Shown piece after piece: positions 10,124-20,072 of a stretch of DNA of 64,000 bases (its first letter is position 1; each line of letters starts with the position of its first letter). Made by a program: the position numbers and the translations under genes. Origin of the DNA: an uncultured Spirochaetota bacterium (GTDB lineage Bacteria > Spirochaetota > Brevinematia > Brevinematales > JAOACQ01). The DNA lies in assembly GCA_963768055.1 (NCBI GenBank), contig CAVYGN010000002.1:864001-928000 (forward strand), written 5' to 3'. The notes beneath the pieces were generated by a model. That model was not told the DNA's origin. It was given only the letters and a program-made list of their open reading frames with translations, and did not search any database.

Positions 10124-11095
10124 ATGGATCGATATATATTAAAATGCGGCCTGTCTGCCTTGATGATATTCGGAACTGCCGTTTACGGGGTTTCCGAAGG
10201 CGCGAAATTCGAACCGTCCGACGGAAAAACCATACTCATTATCGGCCAGGACAGCGTGACGATTGAAAATTATATAAGTTCGACTGGAATTGTCCCTGCC
10301 GGTTTCATGGTTTATACCTCTATCAAAAACCTGGAAGGCCTCGAAAGCGAATCGCCCGATTATGGATCCGGGATAAACGACGCCGATAAGCTCCTGTCCC
10401 GGTATCCGGGTTCATATCTGCAGATAGGCCTCTGCCTGGTCGGAGAGCTCAGTAATACCTATTCCGGAATGCTGGACGGAAACATAGAAAAATTCGCCCG
10501 ATGGCTGAAGAAAACCTCTTCCCCCGTCTTCCTGAGGATCGGCTATGAATGCGACGGCCTGCATAACTCGTATGATTCCGGGGAATACATATTAGCCTAC
10601 AGGCATATAGTCGATAAATTGAGAAAACTTGGAGTTGACAACACCGCGTTTGTCTGGCATGTTCATGCCCACAAGTTGAACCCTGATCTTGATAACTGGT
10701 ATCCGGGTAACGGATATGTCGATTGGATAGGGATCAGTTATTTTGACCAGCCCGAAGCCATGATGGATCCCGTGCTTGCTTTCGCAAAATTGAAACACAA
10801 ACCGGTAATGATAGCCGAAGGCACCCCGAAGGGTATAGGAAGCGGGGAAGGCCAGATATCCTGGGAAACCTGGTATAGAAACTTCTTCGGTTTTCTGGAA
10901 AGGAACGGCATTAAGGCGGTTTCATACATAAACAGCGATTGGGAAAAACAGAATATGTGGAAAACGCAGGATTGGAAAGACGCCCGTGTCGAAGCTAACG
11001 ATTATGTTATGAAACACTGGATCTCTGAAGTTTCGAGGGACAAATATATAAAATACACCCCGATTCTTTACGGCAGCAATGAATTATCCAAATAA
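10124..11095 (+). CDS. Secreted GH26 glycoside hydrolase, beta-1,3-xylanase-like
   Basis: Signal peptide; ILIIGQD, FLRIGYE(C)DG acid/base, VDWIGISY, PVMIAE nucleophile. Confidence 0.75.
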   Translation: MDRYILKCGLSALMIFGTAVYGVSEGAKFEPSDGKTILIIGQDSVTIENYISSTGIVPAGFMVYTSIKNLEGLESESPDYGSGINDADKLLSRYPGSYLQIGLCLVGELSNTYSGMLDGNIEKFARWLKKTSSPVFLRIGYECDGLHNSYDSGEYILAYRHIVDKLRKLGVDNTAFVWHVHAHKLNPDLDNWYPGNGYVDWIGISYFDQPEAMMDPVLAFAKLKHKPVMIAEGTPKGIGSGEGQISWETWYRNFFGFLERNGIKAVSYINSDWEKQNMWKTQDWKDARVEANDYVMKHWISEVSRDKYIKYTPILYGSNELSK

Positions 11096-11104
11096 CAGGC
11101 TTAC

Positions 11105-11285
11105 GGGTGGTTCCAAAAATTAACCTTATTATTAATAAATGATGTTATAATAGTAATAAAACCGCACCCTACGGGCATAAACCCTATGGTGCACTTGTCC
11201 CCGTAAGGGGGCTACCTTGCCGCCTTGCTCGGCGTGAAAAGGCGCTTGTCCTGAACCGTAGGTTCAGGGGTTTTTAGAAGTGCCC
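11105..11285. mobile_element. MITE-like element, family 2
   Basis: Imperfect TIRs GGGTGGTTCCAAAAA / TTTTTAGAAGTGCCC; same ends as 36887-36997; several internal hairpins. Confidence 0.65.
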
Positions 11286-13184
11286 TTATCGGTATAGTTC
11301 TATTCTCTGAATAACTATAGTTCCGGTATTCTGCCTTCCGGGTATTGAGATTTCAATGTCATTTATAGCCTGAAGGTCAATGATCTTATTGCCGGTCTGA
11401 TTGCCCCACACGGGCCTTATGTTGAATGATTCGAAAGCGAAGTTATAATCCTCTATTTTACCCGTTCCGTATGCCTCGTCCGAGGAATAACTTTCTCCAT
11501 CGGCCCCGTTAGCCCCCGGATAACTCTTCTGCCATGGTTCCTTTACCCCGCTTTCGTTAAGGTATATGAAAAATCTTACTTTCGGCGGCACGGACATCCT
11601 GAATTTAACCCCCTTGTACCCGGAAGCGTCATAGTAACCCGTGATCTCGTGGGAAAGGGAGAAGATCGATACTCCGCAGCCCCAGCCGTAGCCGCTTGAA
11701 TACCAGAGCAGGATCGATCCGAATACCCTCTGAACATTCATTTTAGCATTGTTATCCGAGTCCCCCCATGGAGTGATTATGTTATTAGCGGATTTTAGGT
11801 CAAGGTAAACAGGGCTGAATGAACTGTTGATAACGCCCTTCCTCACGGTTATTTTAGGGGTGAAGTAGATATTCTTAGCCGGGACTTTCAAAATGCTCGA
11901 CATATGGGCCGCAAAGGCTTTCGGGTTTGCTTCAGTCATTGCGCTGATAAGTTCTCGATAAGGCCTGCCGGATTGGTCCACTATTCCATAATTGTTGTCT
12001 TCGTCATTAGAAGCCCTTCCATCCTGGGGATCGTCGTAAAACTGGAACCAATGATACCCTATTATAAATGGGAGGCCGGCGAAAGACATCGAGAAGGTTT
12101 TGTAATGGATGCCCCTGTCCTCCTGGGATGCCACAGTCGTATCGGGTCCGACCTTGTTATGCAGTCCTGATGTATTATCCATTGAACGGAAGGTGAATTC
12201 GGAGATCAATACAGGTTTTTTTACGAATTCGTATAACGCCTCGAGAAAACCCCTGTCTATATCCGGAAGATTTTTGTAATAATTGAAGGATATTGCGTCG
12301 CAATATTTTCCGGCTATCTTCAGGACCTGCTCCGGCACCGAATTTGCGAACCTGTCGCTGAAAATAAGATGGTTTTTATCGACTGCCTTGATCTTCTCCT
12401 TTATTAAACTGTAATAACGGTCGGCGATTATGCTTAAAAATTCAGTCCTTATCGCGTTGATGTCTCCGGCATTGAATTGCGACATCTTGAGGTTAGCGAT
12501 ACCGGTAAAATCGGGCAATTTAAGATTCCATGCCCTGTTGAAATTTTCAATGGTGCCGTACCTGGCTTTTAAATATTCGATGACCCTTTTTTTTCCCGGG
12601 GCTGCGGCGTCAAGGTCGAAATACATATCGAATAAATAAGATGTGTGTCCCATAAAAAAGGAAAAGTCGCCGAACCAGTTCAAATCGTTGCCGACGAAAT
12701 ACCCTACCAGATAAGGATCTTCCGCCCGCTTTGCGCAATTTTCATTAATGACTTTTTCCATCATTTCATCGAATTCGGGGCCGAAAATGTCCACGAGCTT
12801 GTTTCTTTCCGTTCTTTTAAATTCTATAATTATAAAGTATGGAATTTTCATTTTGCAGATCTCGGGGGATGACCAGCAGCCTATAGTATTGAAACCGATG
12901 TTAGTGATAAAAGGCAGAGTTTCTTTAACCCATGTAATTTCGTTTTTTGTTTCAAGGGCGTTATAGTGCCTTGCGCCGAGTTTATAGTCCTTGTCTTCGG
13001 GAGCTACGCTGCTTATGCCGATTGAAAAAAAAGGCTTGCCGTCAGGGGAGATCAGGAACCATCTGCCTGAAATATTTTTTATCGTAAAATATCCGTCTGA
13101 GCTATCGGTGCCCGCATGACCTGCAGTAATTGTCATTACTGAAAAAATAAATAAAACCAGAATCAGGTATAATGATCGGATCAT
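11286..13184 (-). CDS. Secreted clan GH-A (beta-agarase/GH50-like) hydrolase with C-terminal CBM-like domain
   Basis: Signal peptide; RWFLISPDGKPFFSIG, GFNTIGCWS, DPYLVGYF, PVLISEF, IGYHWFQ; C-terminal YDASGYKGVKF. Confidence 0.65.
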   Translation of the reverse strand: MIRSLYLILVLFIFSVMTITAGHAGTDSSDGYFTIKNISGRWFLISPDGKPFFSIGISSVAPEDKDYKLGARHYNALETKNEITWVKETLPFITNIGFNTIGCWSSPEICKMKIPYFIIIEFKRTERNKLVDIFGPEFDEMMEKVINENCAKRAEDPYLVGYFVGNDLNWFGDFSFFMGHTSYLFDMYFDLDAAAPGKKRVIEYLKARYGTIENFNRAWNLKLPDFTGIANLKMSQFNAGDINAIRTEFLSIIADRYYSLIKEKIKAVDKNHLIFSDRFANSVPEQVLKIAGKYCDAISFNYYKNLPDIDRGFLEALYEFVKKPVLISEFTFRSMDNTSGLHNKVGPDTTVASQEDRGIHYKTFSMSFAGLPFIIGYHWFQFYDDPQDGRASNDEDNNYGIVDQSGRPYRELISAMTEANPKAFAAHMSSILKVPAKNIYFTPKITVRKGVINSSFSPVYLDLKSANNIITPWGDSDNNAKMNVQRVFGSILLWYSSGYGWGCGVSIFSLSHEITGYYDASGYKGVKFRMSVPPKVRFFIYLNESGVKEPWQKSYPGANGADGESYSSDEAYGTGKIEDYNFAFESFNIRPVWGNQTGNKIIDLQAINDIEISIPGRQNTGTIVIQRIELYR

Positions 13185-14753
13185 TCAAGCCTCCCTCTTT
13201 TGTTTGACCATGAAAGTCCTTATTATATAACCGAGGATATATATCAGCAGAAACGCTTGAGCGAAAATAACAATGAAAAGCCATGCGATAAAAGGGTAAG
13301 TTGTCCACTGCCTGAAAGTAATGGTTTTCAAATTGATAAATATAATATTGACCAGATTGTATGTCTCAATTGTAATTATCAAGCCTGACACTATGACGAA
13401 TAAAGCGAAATGAAGATTTATTTTACTTTCTTTTGTATTGGAAGGGACCCAGTTCATTTTCCTTGTTATCAGCATTACGGTCATTGTATAAAGATACGAG
13501 AAAGAATCGAGCGCCGATACTATAAAAGAACCTATATTCGTTTTATTCAAACGCGTAAGCGGTTGAATGACAATCAGGAAGAACAGGTAGGGTACAAAAA
13601 AAATGAAATATCTCGTATCGATGAGGCTGGCCGCGAATATCATAATTATACTAAATATAAGTAATGCAAGGATTGAAAACGCTTCCGTGAAATAATAAAA
13701 AATATTCGAAATATAAGACAGGCGGGTTGAAAAATCCATTTTAGACCGGAACATTTTTTTAGAGAATAAAAGCCTGATTGAACTGTAACACCATCTCCTG
13801 TGCTGGTTGAAATATGATTGGGGATTATCCGGACTTCGGCCCTTTGCCAGAATGATAGGCAGGTATTGTATATGATAACCCGCCGTTGTAATGTTGAAAC
13901 CCGTCTCGACGTCTTCGCACCAGGGAACGTATGCAATACCCCCGGCCTTGATAAGCGAGATTCTCCTGTAAATGAGATTGGTCCCGACGCAAATTGCGGC
14001 ATGGAATGGGTTGCGCGAAGGCTGAATTATCTTGTAAAAATCCTCCTGCAGGGCGGCTCCTCCGGAGGTAATCAGGTTTTTTTTAATTCCGGGGCCCTGT
14101 GTAATGAAAAATTGAGGCGATTGAATGAGGCCGATCTTCGAATCCGAGAAATACGGAAGAAGGTCTTTTAAAAAATCCCTGTCGGGGATAAAATCGGCAT
14201 CGAAAATTGCTATGAATTCCCCGTCTGTACGGCTGATAGCGTAGGTGAGGTTGCCGGCTTTTTTCATATGTCCCCTGTCGGGCCTTCGCATATAGTTTAT
14301 TCCGAGGTTTTCAATAGCCTTTTTGATATCATCGTCGCCGGCGTCGTCGAGTAAAAACACTTTTTTATTTTCATAATCTATATTTAAAGCCGCGAGGCAG
14401 GTCTCCCTCACTATATCGATGCCCTCTCCGGTGTACGGGATCAATATATCTACCCAGGGTTTACCTCTCCTTTCCTTCCAATAATTTTCCAGGAGGGTAT
14501 AATGGCCTGATAATGAGAATTTATTATAGAAAAGGTTAAAAATATAGTGGGTGGAGTAGTAAAAAAGAAAAGTCAGGATTAGCGGGGAAAAAATAATGAG
14601 AAATATTATTTGATTAAGGCTTAATATCACAAGCCCGGCGAGCATGAAAAGACTCGCGAGGAGCCCTGTCAAATTCGTTATCCTGACTAAAAATGCGCTG
14701 TTAATAAAATAACGGTATTTTAAAGGTATAATGCCCGCTTTCGTTCGACGCAT
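13185..14753 (-). CDS. GT2 processive glycan synthase, BcsA-like, no PilZ
   Basis: LLDD, KAGNL, FDADF, QSPQ, CED, QHRRW motifs; N- and C-terminal TM helices. Confidence 0.85.
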   Translation of the reverse strand: MRRTKAGIIPLKYRYFINSAFLVRITNLTGLLASLFMLAGLVILSLNQIIFLIIFSPLILTFLFYYSTHYIFNLFYNKFSLSGHYTLLENYWKERRGKPWVDILIPYTGEGIDIVRETCLAALNIDYENKKVFLLDDAGDDDIKKAIENLGINYMRRPDRGHMKKAGNLTYAISRTDGEFIAIFDADFIPDRDFLKDLLPYFSDSKIGLIQSPQFFITQGPGIKKNLITSGGAALQEDFYKIIQPSRNPFHAAICVGTNLIYRRISLIKAGGIAYVPWCEDVETGFNITTAGYHIQYLPIILAKGRSPDNPQSYFNQHRRWCYSSIRLLFSKKMFRSKMDFSTRLSYISNIFYYFTEAFSILALLIFSIIMIFAASLIDTRYFIFFVPYLFFLIVIQPLTRLNKTNIGSFIVSALDSFSYLYTMTVMLITRKMNWVPSNTKESKINLHFALFVIVSGLIITIETYNLVNIIFINLKTITFRQWTTYPFIAWLFIVIFAQAFLLIYILGYIIRTFMVKQKREA

Positions 14754-14837
14754 GGCTTAAGTCCCCGGTAATTTTATTAAAGTCTAATAAAAATGAACGA
14801 ATTAGGCAATATTAAAGGCCATTTATCGATTTATAAT

Positions 14838-16067
14838 TTACAAATTTATTTCATAAAACTCTATATTGTCATCCAGAAAGTTTGAAATCGTGAGGATTTT
14901 ACCGCCGGGATGAATCGCGATTCCAATAGGCTGGTTGCCCACGTTCAATTCCTCGACCGGGGCAAAATTATTTTCAGAGTCGTAAATTACAATTTTTCCG
15001 TCCAGGGGGCTCCTCAGGTAATAGCTTATTTTATTGTTGGGGCCGCGGTTGGATACGTACACATACCGGTTATCGGGGGAGAGTTTTACATTATCGGGAT
15101 GGTCCCAGGTATTGATTGTTTTAATTATTTTGTCAGTCTTCATATCATAAACGAAGAGTTTGTTCACCCCCATATTGTTTATATAAGCCAGTCCTTTAGA
15201 CCTGTCGATCCTGAACCTCCCGCATGCACCCCCCGTTTTTACCCGTTTGACGATCTTATAATTGTTCGTTACGCAATATTTGATTATTTCTCCCGAGCCG
15301 AACATTGTGACATAGACGAAATTGCCGTCTTCGGAAAAAGCGATCCCCCTGGGCTCTGTCCCTATAGTATTGAACTTGCGTACGAATGAATAAGTTTGGG
15401 GGTCTAGTATTGTGACATCGTAGCTCAGCCAGTTTGAAACATAGTAGTATTTAAAATCGGGCGTGAATTCCCCGACCTTGGTCCAGTCGGCATGAGTGGG
15501 GATATTGGTTTTAATGGAAAAATCCTTCATGGACAGGACGAAAACCCTTCCACGCTCGTTCATCTGGGTAAACCAGTACTCGCTCCCGTCCTGGTTGAAA
15601 ACCCCCTCGATGAATCCGAAGAATTTATCGTAGCCTGGAACATGAATATTTGTTATTGTAAGGTCTTTCATATCGTAAACCTGAATAAAATTCGTTCCCA
15701 TTGTCGCTATCATCAGATATCTTCCGTCAGGAGAGTAGATAAGGTCCTTTGGCTCGTGCCCTGTTCCGATCTGCTTTATGAAAGTAAAATGCGAATTTGT
15801 CGGAGTAAGCCTTACAAAAATCGATATATTATTAGTTAGTTCTATATCATTTGAAAAGTTTTTATACCCTTTTTCCCTTACTTCTATATGATAAGGCCCG
15901 CTCTGAAGATTGGTTTTAAAAACCGAAGTACCCGATATTTTACCGTCTATGAAAACATCGGCTTTCTTAGGGCTTGTAACGATCTTTAATTCACCTGAGA
16001 ACACCGGCTGGCAGAAATTAAAGACTGCATAAGTGCAAATAGACAATACAATAATTTTATTAATCAT
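14838..16067 (-). CDS. Secreted PEGA-domain plus YVTN/lactonase-type beta-propeller protein
   Basis: Signal peptide, ADVFIDGK PEGA motif, repeated SPDGRY/SPDNRYVYVSN blades; RBS GAGGTG before ATG 16067. Confidence 0.75.
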   Translation of the reverse strand: MINKIIVLSICTYAVFNFCQPVFSGELKIVTSPKKADVFIDGKISGTSVFKTNLQSGPYHIEVREKGYKNFSNDIELTNNISIFVRLTPTNSHFTFIKQIGTGHEPKDLIYSPDGRYLMIATMGTNFIQVYDMKDLTITNIHVPGYDKFFGFIEGVFNQDGSEYWFTQMNERGRVFVLSMKDFSIKTNIPTHADWTKVGEFTPDFKYYYVSNWLSYDVTILDPQTYSFVRKFNTIGTEPRGIAFSEDGNFVYVTMFGSGEIIKYCVTNNYKIVKRVKTGGACGRFRIDRSKGLAYINNMGVNKLFVYDMKTDKIIKTINTWDHPDNVKLSPDNRYVYVSNRGPNNKISYYLRSPLDGKIVIYDSENNFAPVEELNVGNQPIGIAIHPGGKILTISNFLDDNIEFYEINL

Positions 16068-16121
16068 GAGCACCTCAAAAAAATGTTTCTGTGAATTTTA
16101 ATTTAAATATTGAAATTTGGC

Positions 16122-16150
16122 AAAAAAAAGGCATCCGGGAAACCCGGCGC
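16122..16150 (-). terminator. Putative intrinsic terminator in the leader of the GT2 operon
   Basis: Minus strand GCGCCGGG-TTT-CCCGGATGCC followed by T8, about 55 nt before the start codon. Confidence 0.5.
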
Positions 16151-16315
16151 ATGACAGTCAACGGCCTGACCGAGTATAACTATTATAACGGGGCTTACGA
16201 CAGCCGGTTCACGCCCTGGTATTTCAGGATCGAATTTTAAGGGTGAATAATTTGCGAAAATATCATGTGTATTCTACAATCCTTATTCTTTTAAGAAGAT
16301 TAAGGATGGATCATA

Positions 16316-17317
16316 ATGAGGATCTGGATTTTCGCGGCTTTAGTATCCGCAGTACCCGCAATACTCGGTGCTGCCGTCAACAGGTCGTTATATAATTACT
16401 CGAAGCTCGAGGCCAGGATAGAAGCGCTGACCAACGGCGCAGGCGATAAGATCACTATTATAAAAATTGGGTCCACACACGCCGGACGTAATCTGCTGTG
16501 CATAAAATTTTACGGGGAAAGCGCCGTAACCGGCAGGGAAAAACGCCTTCTTATCATCGGAGGAACTCACTCTCTCGAATGGCCCGGGTACGAGGTCGGA
16601 ATACGGTTCGCGGAAACCCTCGCTTCCAATATCAGGGCCGGGGTAGAGCCTTACTCGACAGTATATATAATACCGGCGGTAAATCCCGACGGTTTCGATT
16701 ATATGCAGTATAGCCCCCATCCATTTTATAACGCGAGGAAAAACCTGGGATTTTCGCCTTCCGAGAAAAATCCGAAGGTGTACACCCAGGGAGTGGATAT
16801 AAACAGGAATTTTCCTGTCGGATGGAAGTACCAGAGCAGTCCATACAGCGTATTTTACGCCGGAACTAAGCCGGGAAGCGAGCCTGAAACAAGGGCGGTT
16901 ATGGAATTGACAAGGTCCGTAAAACCGGATTTCGCCATTTCGCTTCACGCGCCGGGCAGAAACATTGTTTATCCATGGGGATATAAAGAAGAAAAAATTA
17001 ACGATCCTGACCTTATAAATACTTGTGAAGAATTCGCGAGAATTATAAATACTTCTAAAGATTTTGAAGAAATTATTAAAAATGAAGAATCGGCATATAA
17101 AGCCGGGAAAAAGAAATTCAGGGCAAGTTTCAGATCTATACAGGACTTTGTTAATTATCCTAAAAACGGCGACGAGATAGACTGGTTTTACGGCGAAATG
17201 CATATACCGTGTTTTCGCATGGAAATAGCTAATGACCTTGAAACTTATACTCTAGAAGAATACGGCGGAATCGAAAAGGCCTTATTCTGGCTTGTGAATG
17301 TTAAATTGAAGGGTTGA
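16316..17317 (+). CDS. Secreted M14 zinc carboxypeptidase
   Basis: THSLE, NPDG, GVDINRNF, SEPET, SLH motifs. Confidence 0.85.
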   Translation: MRIWIFAALVSAVPAILGAAVNRSLYNYSKLEARIEALTNGAGDKITIIKIGSTHAGRNLLCIKFYGESAVTGREKRLLIIGGTHSLEWPGYEVGIRFAETLASNIRAGVEPYSTVYIIPAVNPDGFDYMQYSPHPFYNARKNLGFSPSEKNPKVYTQGVDINRNFPVGWKYQSSPYSVFYAGTKPGSEPETRAVMELTRSVKPDFAISLHAPGRNIVYPWGYKEEKINDPDLINTCEEFARIINTSKDFEEIIKNEESAYKAGKKKFRASFRSIQDFVNYPKNGDEIDWFYGEMHIPCFRMEIANDLETYTLEEYGGIEKALFWLVNVKLKG

Positions 17318-17343
17318 ATAGTGATTGTCCGATAGGATCAGGA

Positions 17344-17357
17344 CGCTCGAAATGACA
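17344..17357. repeat. Family-1 repeat, isolated right end
   Basis: CGCTCGAAATGACA identical to 33671-33684. Confidence 0.5.
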
Positions 17358-17458
17358 CTGCTAAATATATGTTCAGGCATCTTTTTTTTCAAATCCTTAC
17401 TTATTAAAGATAGACTTTAAGTTATATAAATATTCAATTTATTAATGGTGTATAAGTT

Positions 17459-18844
17459 ATGAAACGATTCATTCTTTTTTTTGTCATTCTTCTTTACTCC
17501 GGTGAAGTATTTGCGGGCGGGAGCGATATAATTTCTATAACCCTGAAAAATGCCATAGAGATCGCCCTCAAGGATAACCTCGATGTTCTCCAGGCGGAGA
17601 AGAACATAAAAGTCGCGGAAGCGCTTTTAGGCCAGGATTACGCGCAGATGCTGATCCCGACCATCACTGCTAACGGGCAATTCGAGTATATCGATCCGGA
17701 AACGGCTTCCCGGGGAACATACAACCAGAACATCGGAGGATCGACGGTTATAGTAACTAATATTTTCCAGGACAACTATACCTCCTCAATCTCCCTGACA
17801 AAACCCCTTTTTGCCGGTTTGAAATACTGGAACTCGGTCATCACCCAGCAGCTTAATTTAAATCTGTTAAAAAGCACTCTTGAGGATGTTAAAAAAGGGG
17901 TGGAGCTTTCTGTTACGACAAATTTTTATAATCTTTTCCTTTTGCATGAAAACGTGCAGATATATACGGAAATTGACATTTACCTTAAGGGGGTCTCGGA
18001 ATCGGCTGAAGCGTCTCATAAAAGGGGAATGACTTCGGAACTGGATTATTTAAAGGCGATACTTCCGTATAAAACGAATCTTCCCCTGCTCTCAAAAGCA
18101 AAATATAACGAGATTTTAGCAAAAGCGAGCCTCTGCGACCTTTTAAACATCTCGAACTATGACTCAGTCGAATTTATAGGAAATTTCATGGACGTAACCA
18201 ATTTCAATACGGCCGCAACTAACGAAAGCGAATATTACGACCTGGCGGTTTCGAACGATATAACCCTCAAAACCATCGTATATAACATAGAATCTTCGAA
18301 ACTTACGAAGCAGAGCGCGGAACTGTCCCGCCTCCCGTCGGTGAATCTGGATTATACTTTCACTGAGGATTATATTAAAAATAACACCTCCGCTGTCAAT
18401 AATGAGAGGAATTGGACCCCGGGATGGAATATCGACCTTCAGCTTTCCCTGCCCCTCGACGACCTTTTGCCCTTTTCCGCATTATCGAAAAGCATCGAAT
18501 CCATGGATGAGGGCATAAAAAAGCTGGAATATTCAAAGGTAGAACAGGTCAATACCCTCAGGGAAAACGTGAAATCATTCATACAGCAGATCGAGGAGTT
18601 AAAGGAAACAGTAGATAGCCAGGCGGATAACCTTGATATCGCCAATAGAAGCCTGGAGCTTACGAAGGGGCTGTTCGCGAGAGGCGGCGCTGTAGAGCTT
18701 GACGTGGAGAATGCGCAGATAGCGTATGACCAGGCCCTGCTGGCTTATTACCAGTCCCTGCTGGCTTATATAAGCGAGGTCCTGCAGCTGGAAAAGGAGG
18801 GTGGAGTGGATTTTTATGCAAAGCAGAAGGAGAATAATTTATGA
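17459..18844 (+). CDS. TolC-family outer membrane efflux protein
   Basis: Signal peptide, ITLKNAIEIAL..N, two OEP repeats, first gene of efflux operon. Confidence 0.82.
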   Translation: MKRFILFFVILLYSGEVFAGGSDIISITLKNAIEIALKDNLDVLQAEKNIKVAEALLGQDYAQMLIPTITANGQFEYIDPETASRGTYNQNIGGSTVIVTNIFQDNYTSSISLTKPLFAGLKYWNSVITQQLNLNLLKSTLEDVKKGVELSVTTNFYNLFLLHENVQIYTEIDIYLKGVSESAEASHKRGMTSELDYLKAILPYKTNLPLLSKAKYNEILAKASLCDLLNISNYDSVEFIGNFMDVTNFNTAATNESEYYDLAVSNDITLKTIVYNIESSKLTKQSAELSRLPSVNLDYTFTEDYIKNNTSAVNNERNWTPGWNIDLQLSLPLDDLLPFSALSKSIESMDEGIKKLEYSKVEQVNTLRENVKSFIQQIEELKETVDSQADNLDIANRSLELTKGLFARGGAVELDVENAQIAYDQALLAYYQSLLAYISEVLQLEKEGGVDFYAKQKENNL

Positions 18845-20064
18845 AAATAAGAACTATAATATTGATATCGGCTTCAATTATTATTATAGCCGCCGTTATT
18901 TTCTTTATTACAGGAATGAAGCGTAAATATTCATTTACCTATGCCAGGATCACGCGGGGGAACATTGAAAATACAATCGCGAGCACCGGCAATCTTCAAT
19001 TCGCGGTCACAAACAATGTCAACTCTCTTGACGCGGGGACTATCGTCAGGATATATACGGATTTTAATAAAAAAATTTACAAGGGCCAGGTAATGGCAAA
19101 GATAGACGACACTACTTTTAAAGCCACGCTGGACCAGATGACAGCAAACCTTCACAGTGTTGAGGCGGTATTGTCGCAGGCACAGCAGAATTATAACGAT
19201 ACGAAGTCCCTTTTCGATCAGAGTTTCACCTCGCAGTCTAACCTGGACGCCGCTAAGAATACTCTTGACAGCGCCAAAGCCCAGGTTGAGGTCGCAAAAG
19301 CCCAGGTGGAAACCGCCCAGCTCAACCTGTCGAATACCGAAGTCATCGCGCCTTTGACAGGAATAGTCGTCCAGAGGAACATAGATGTGGGTAACGCCGT
19401 CGGTTCGCTATCCTATGCAGGCCCCCCTCTTTTTGTCATAGCTGCCGATACTATGCGGATGCAGATTATGGCTTCAGTCGCTGAAAGCGATATTGGAGTT
19501 GTCAGGCGCGGAGATAAAGCCCGCTTTACCCTGCAGGCTTATATGGATAAAACCTTCGAGGGGGTGGTGAGCGATATCTACATGATGCCGGCACTTGTAC
19601 AAAATGTAGTAAATTATTCCGTTATTATAAATATCGATAATTCGAAGGGCCTCTTTTATCCGGGAATGACAGCGACTATAGATATAGTCACCGATCTAAA
19701 GACAAATGTCCTTGAACTCCCAAACTCTGTGCTAAAGTTCCGGCCCACCCCGGAAATGTTCAGGCAGTTTTTTACGCCTAACGCCGGAAACCGCCCAAGG
19801 AACACGGTAGGAGGTAATAACTATACCAACCAGCCTAATACTTCTCTTCTTCTGATTTATAATGAAGATACGGGGAAGATTCAGCCGGTAAGGGTCAAAA
19901 CCGGCATGACCGACGGCCAGATGACAGAGATCGAATCCGACAGGATAAAAGAGGGAATGCTTGTAGTCAGCGGCGTGTCAAATCAGGGCCCCGGAGGACA
20001 AGGCCAGCAGTCCGCTTCGCCCTTCCAGGGGGCTTTCCCGGGCGGAAGGGGCATGGGCCGTTAG
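18841..20064 (+). CDS. MacA-like periplasmic adaptor
   Basis: N-terminal TM, lipoyl-like halves around a helical hairpin, VAESDIG, PGMTA. Confidence 0.87.
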   Translation: MKIRTIILISASIIIIAAVIFFITGMKRKYSFTYARITRGNIENTIASTGNLQFAVTNNVNSLDAGTIVRIYTDFNKKIYKGQVMAKIDDTTFKATLDQMTANLHSVEAVLSQAQQNYNDTKSLFDQSFTSQSNLDAAKNTLDSAKAQVEVAKAQVETAQLNLSNTEVIAPLTGIVVQRNIDVGNAVGSLSYAGPPLFVIAADTMRMQIMASVAESDIGVVRRGDKARFTLQAYMDKTFEGVVSDIYMMPALVQNVVNYSVIINIDNSKGLFYPGMTATIDIVTDLKTNVLELPNSVLKFRPTPEMFRQFFTPNAGNRPRNTVGGNNYTNQPNTSLLLIYNEDTGKIQPVRVKTGMTDGQMTEIESDRIKEGMLVVSGVSNQGPGGQGQQSASPFQGAFPGGRGMGR

Positions 20065-20072
20065 AGGTATGG

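Noticed and set aside
16130..16220. FMN riboswitch, SRP RNA or canonical c-di-GMP-I
   Set aside because: Only short motif fragments match; key conserved elements of each class are missing
16388..17203. Long antisense ORFs (also 27222-28061, 49510-50151, 58737-59390)
   Set aside because: Shadows of well-supported genes on the opposite strand, with no motifs
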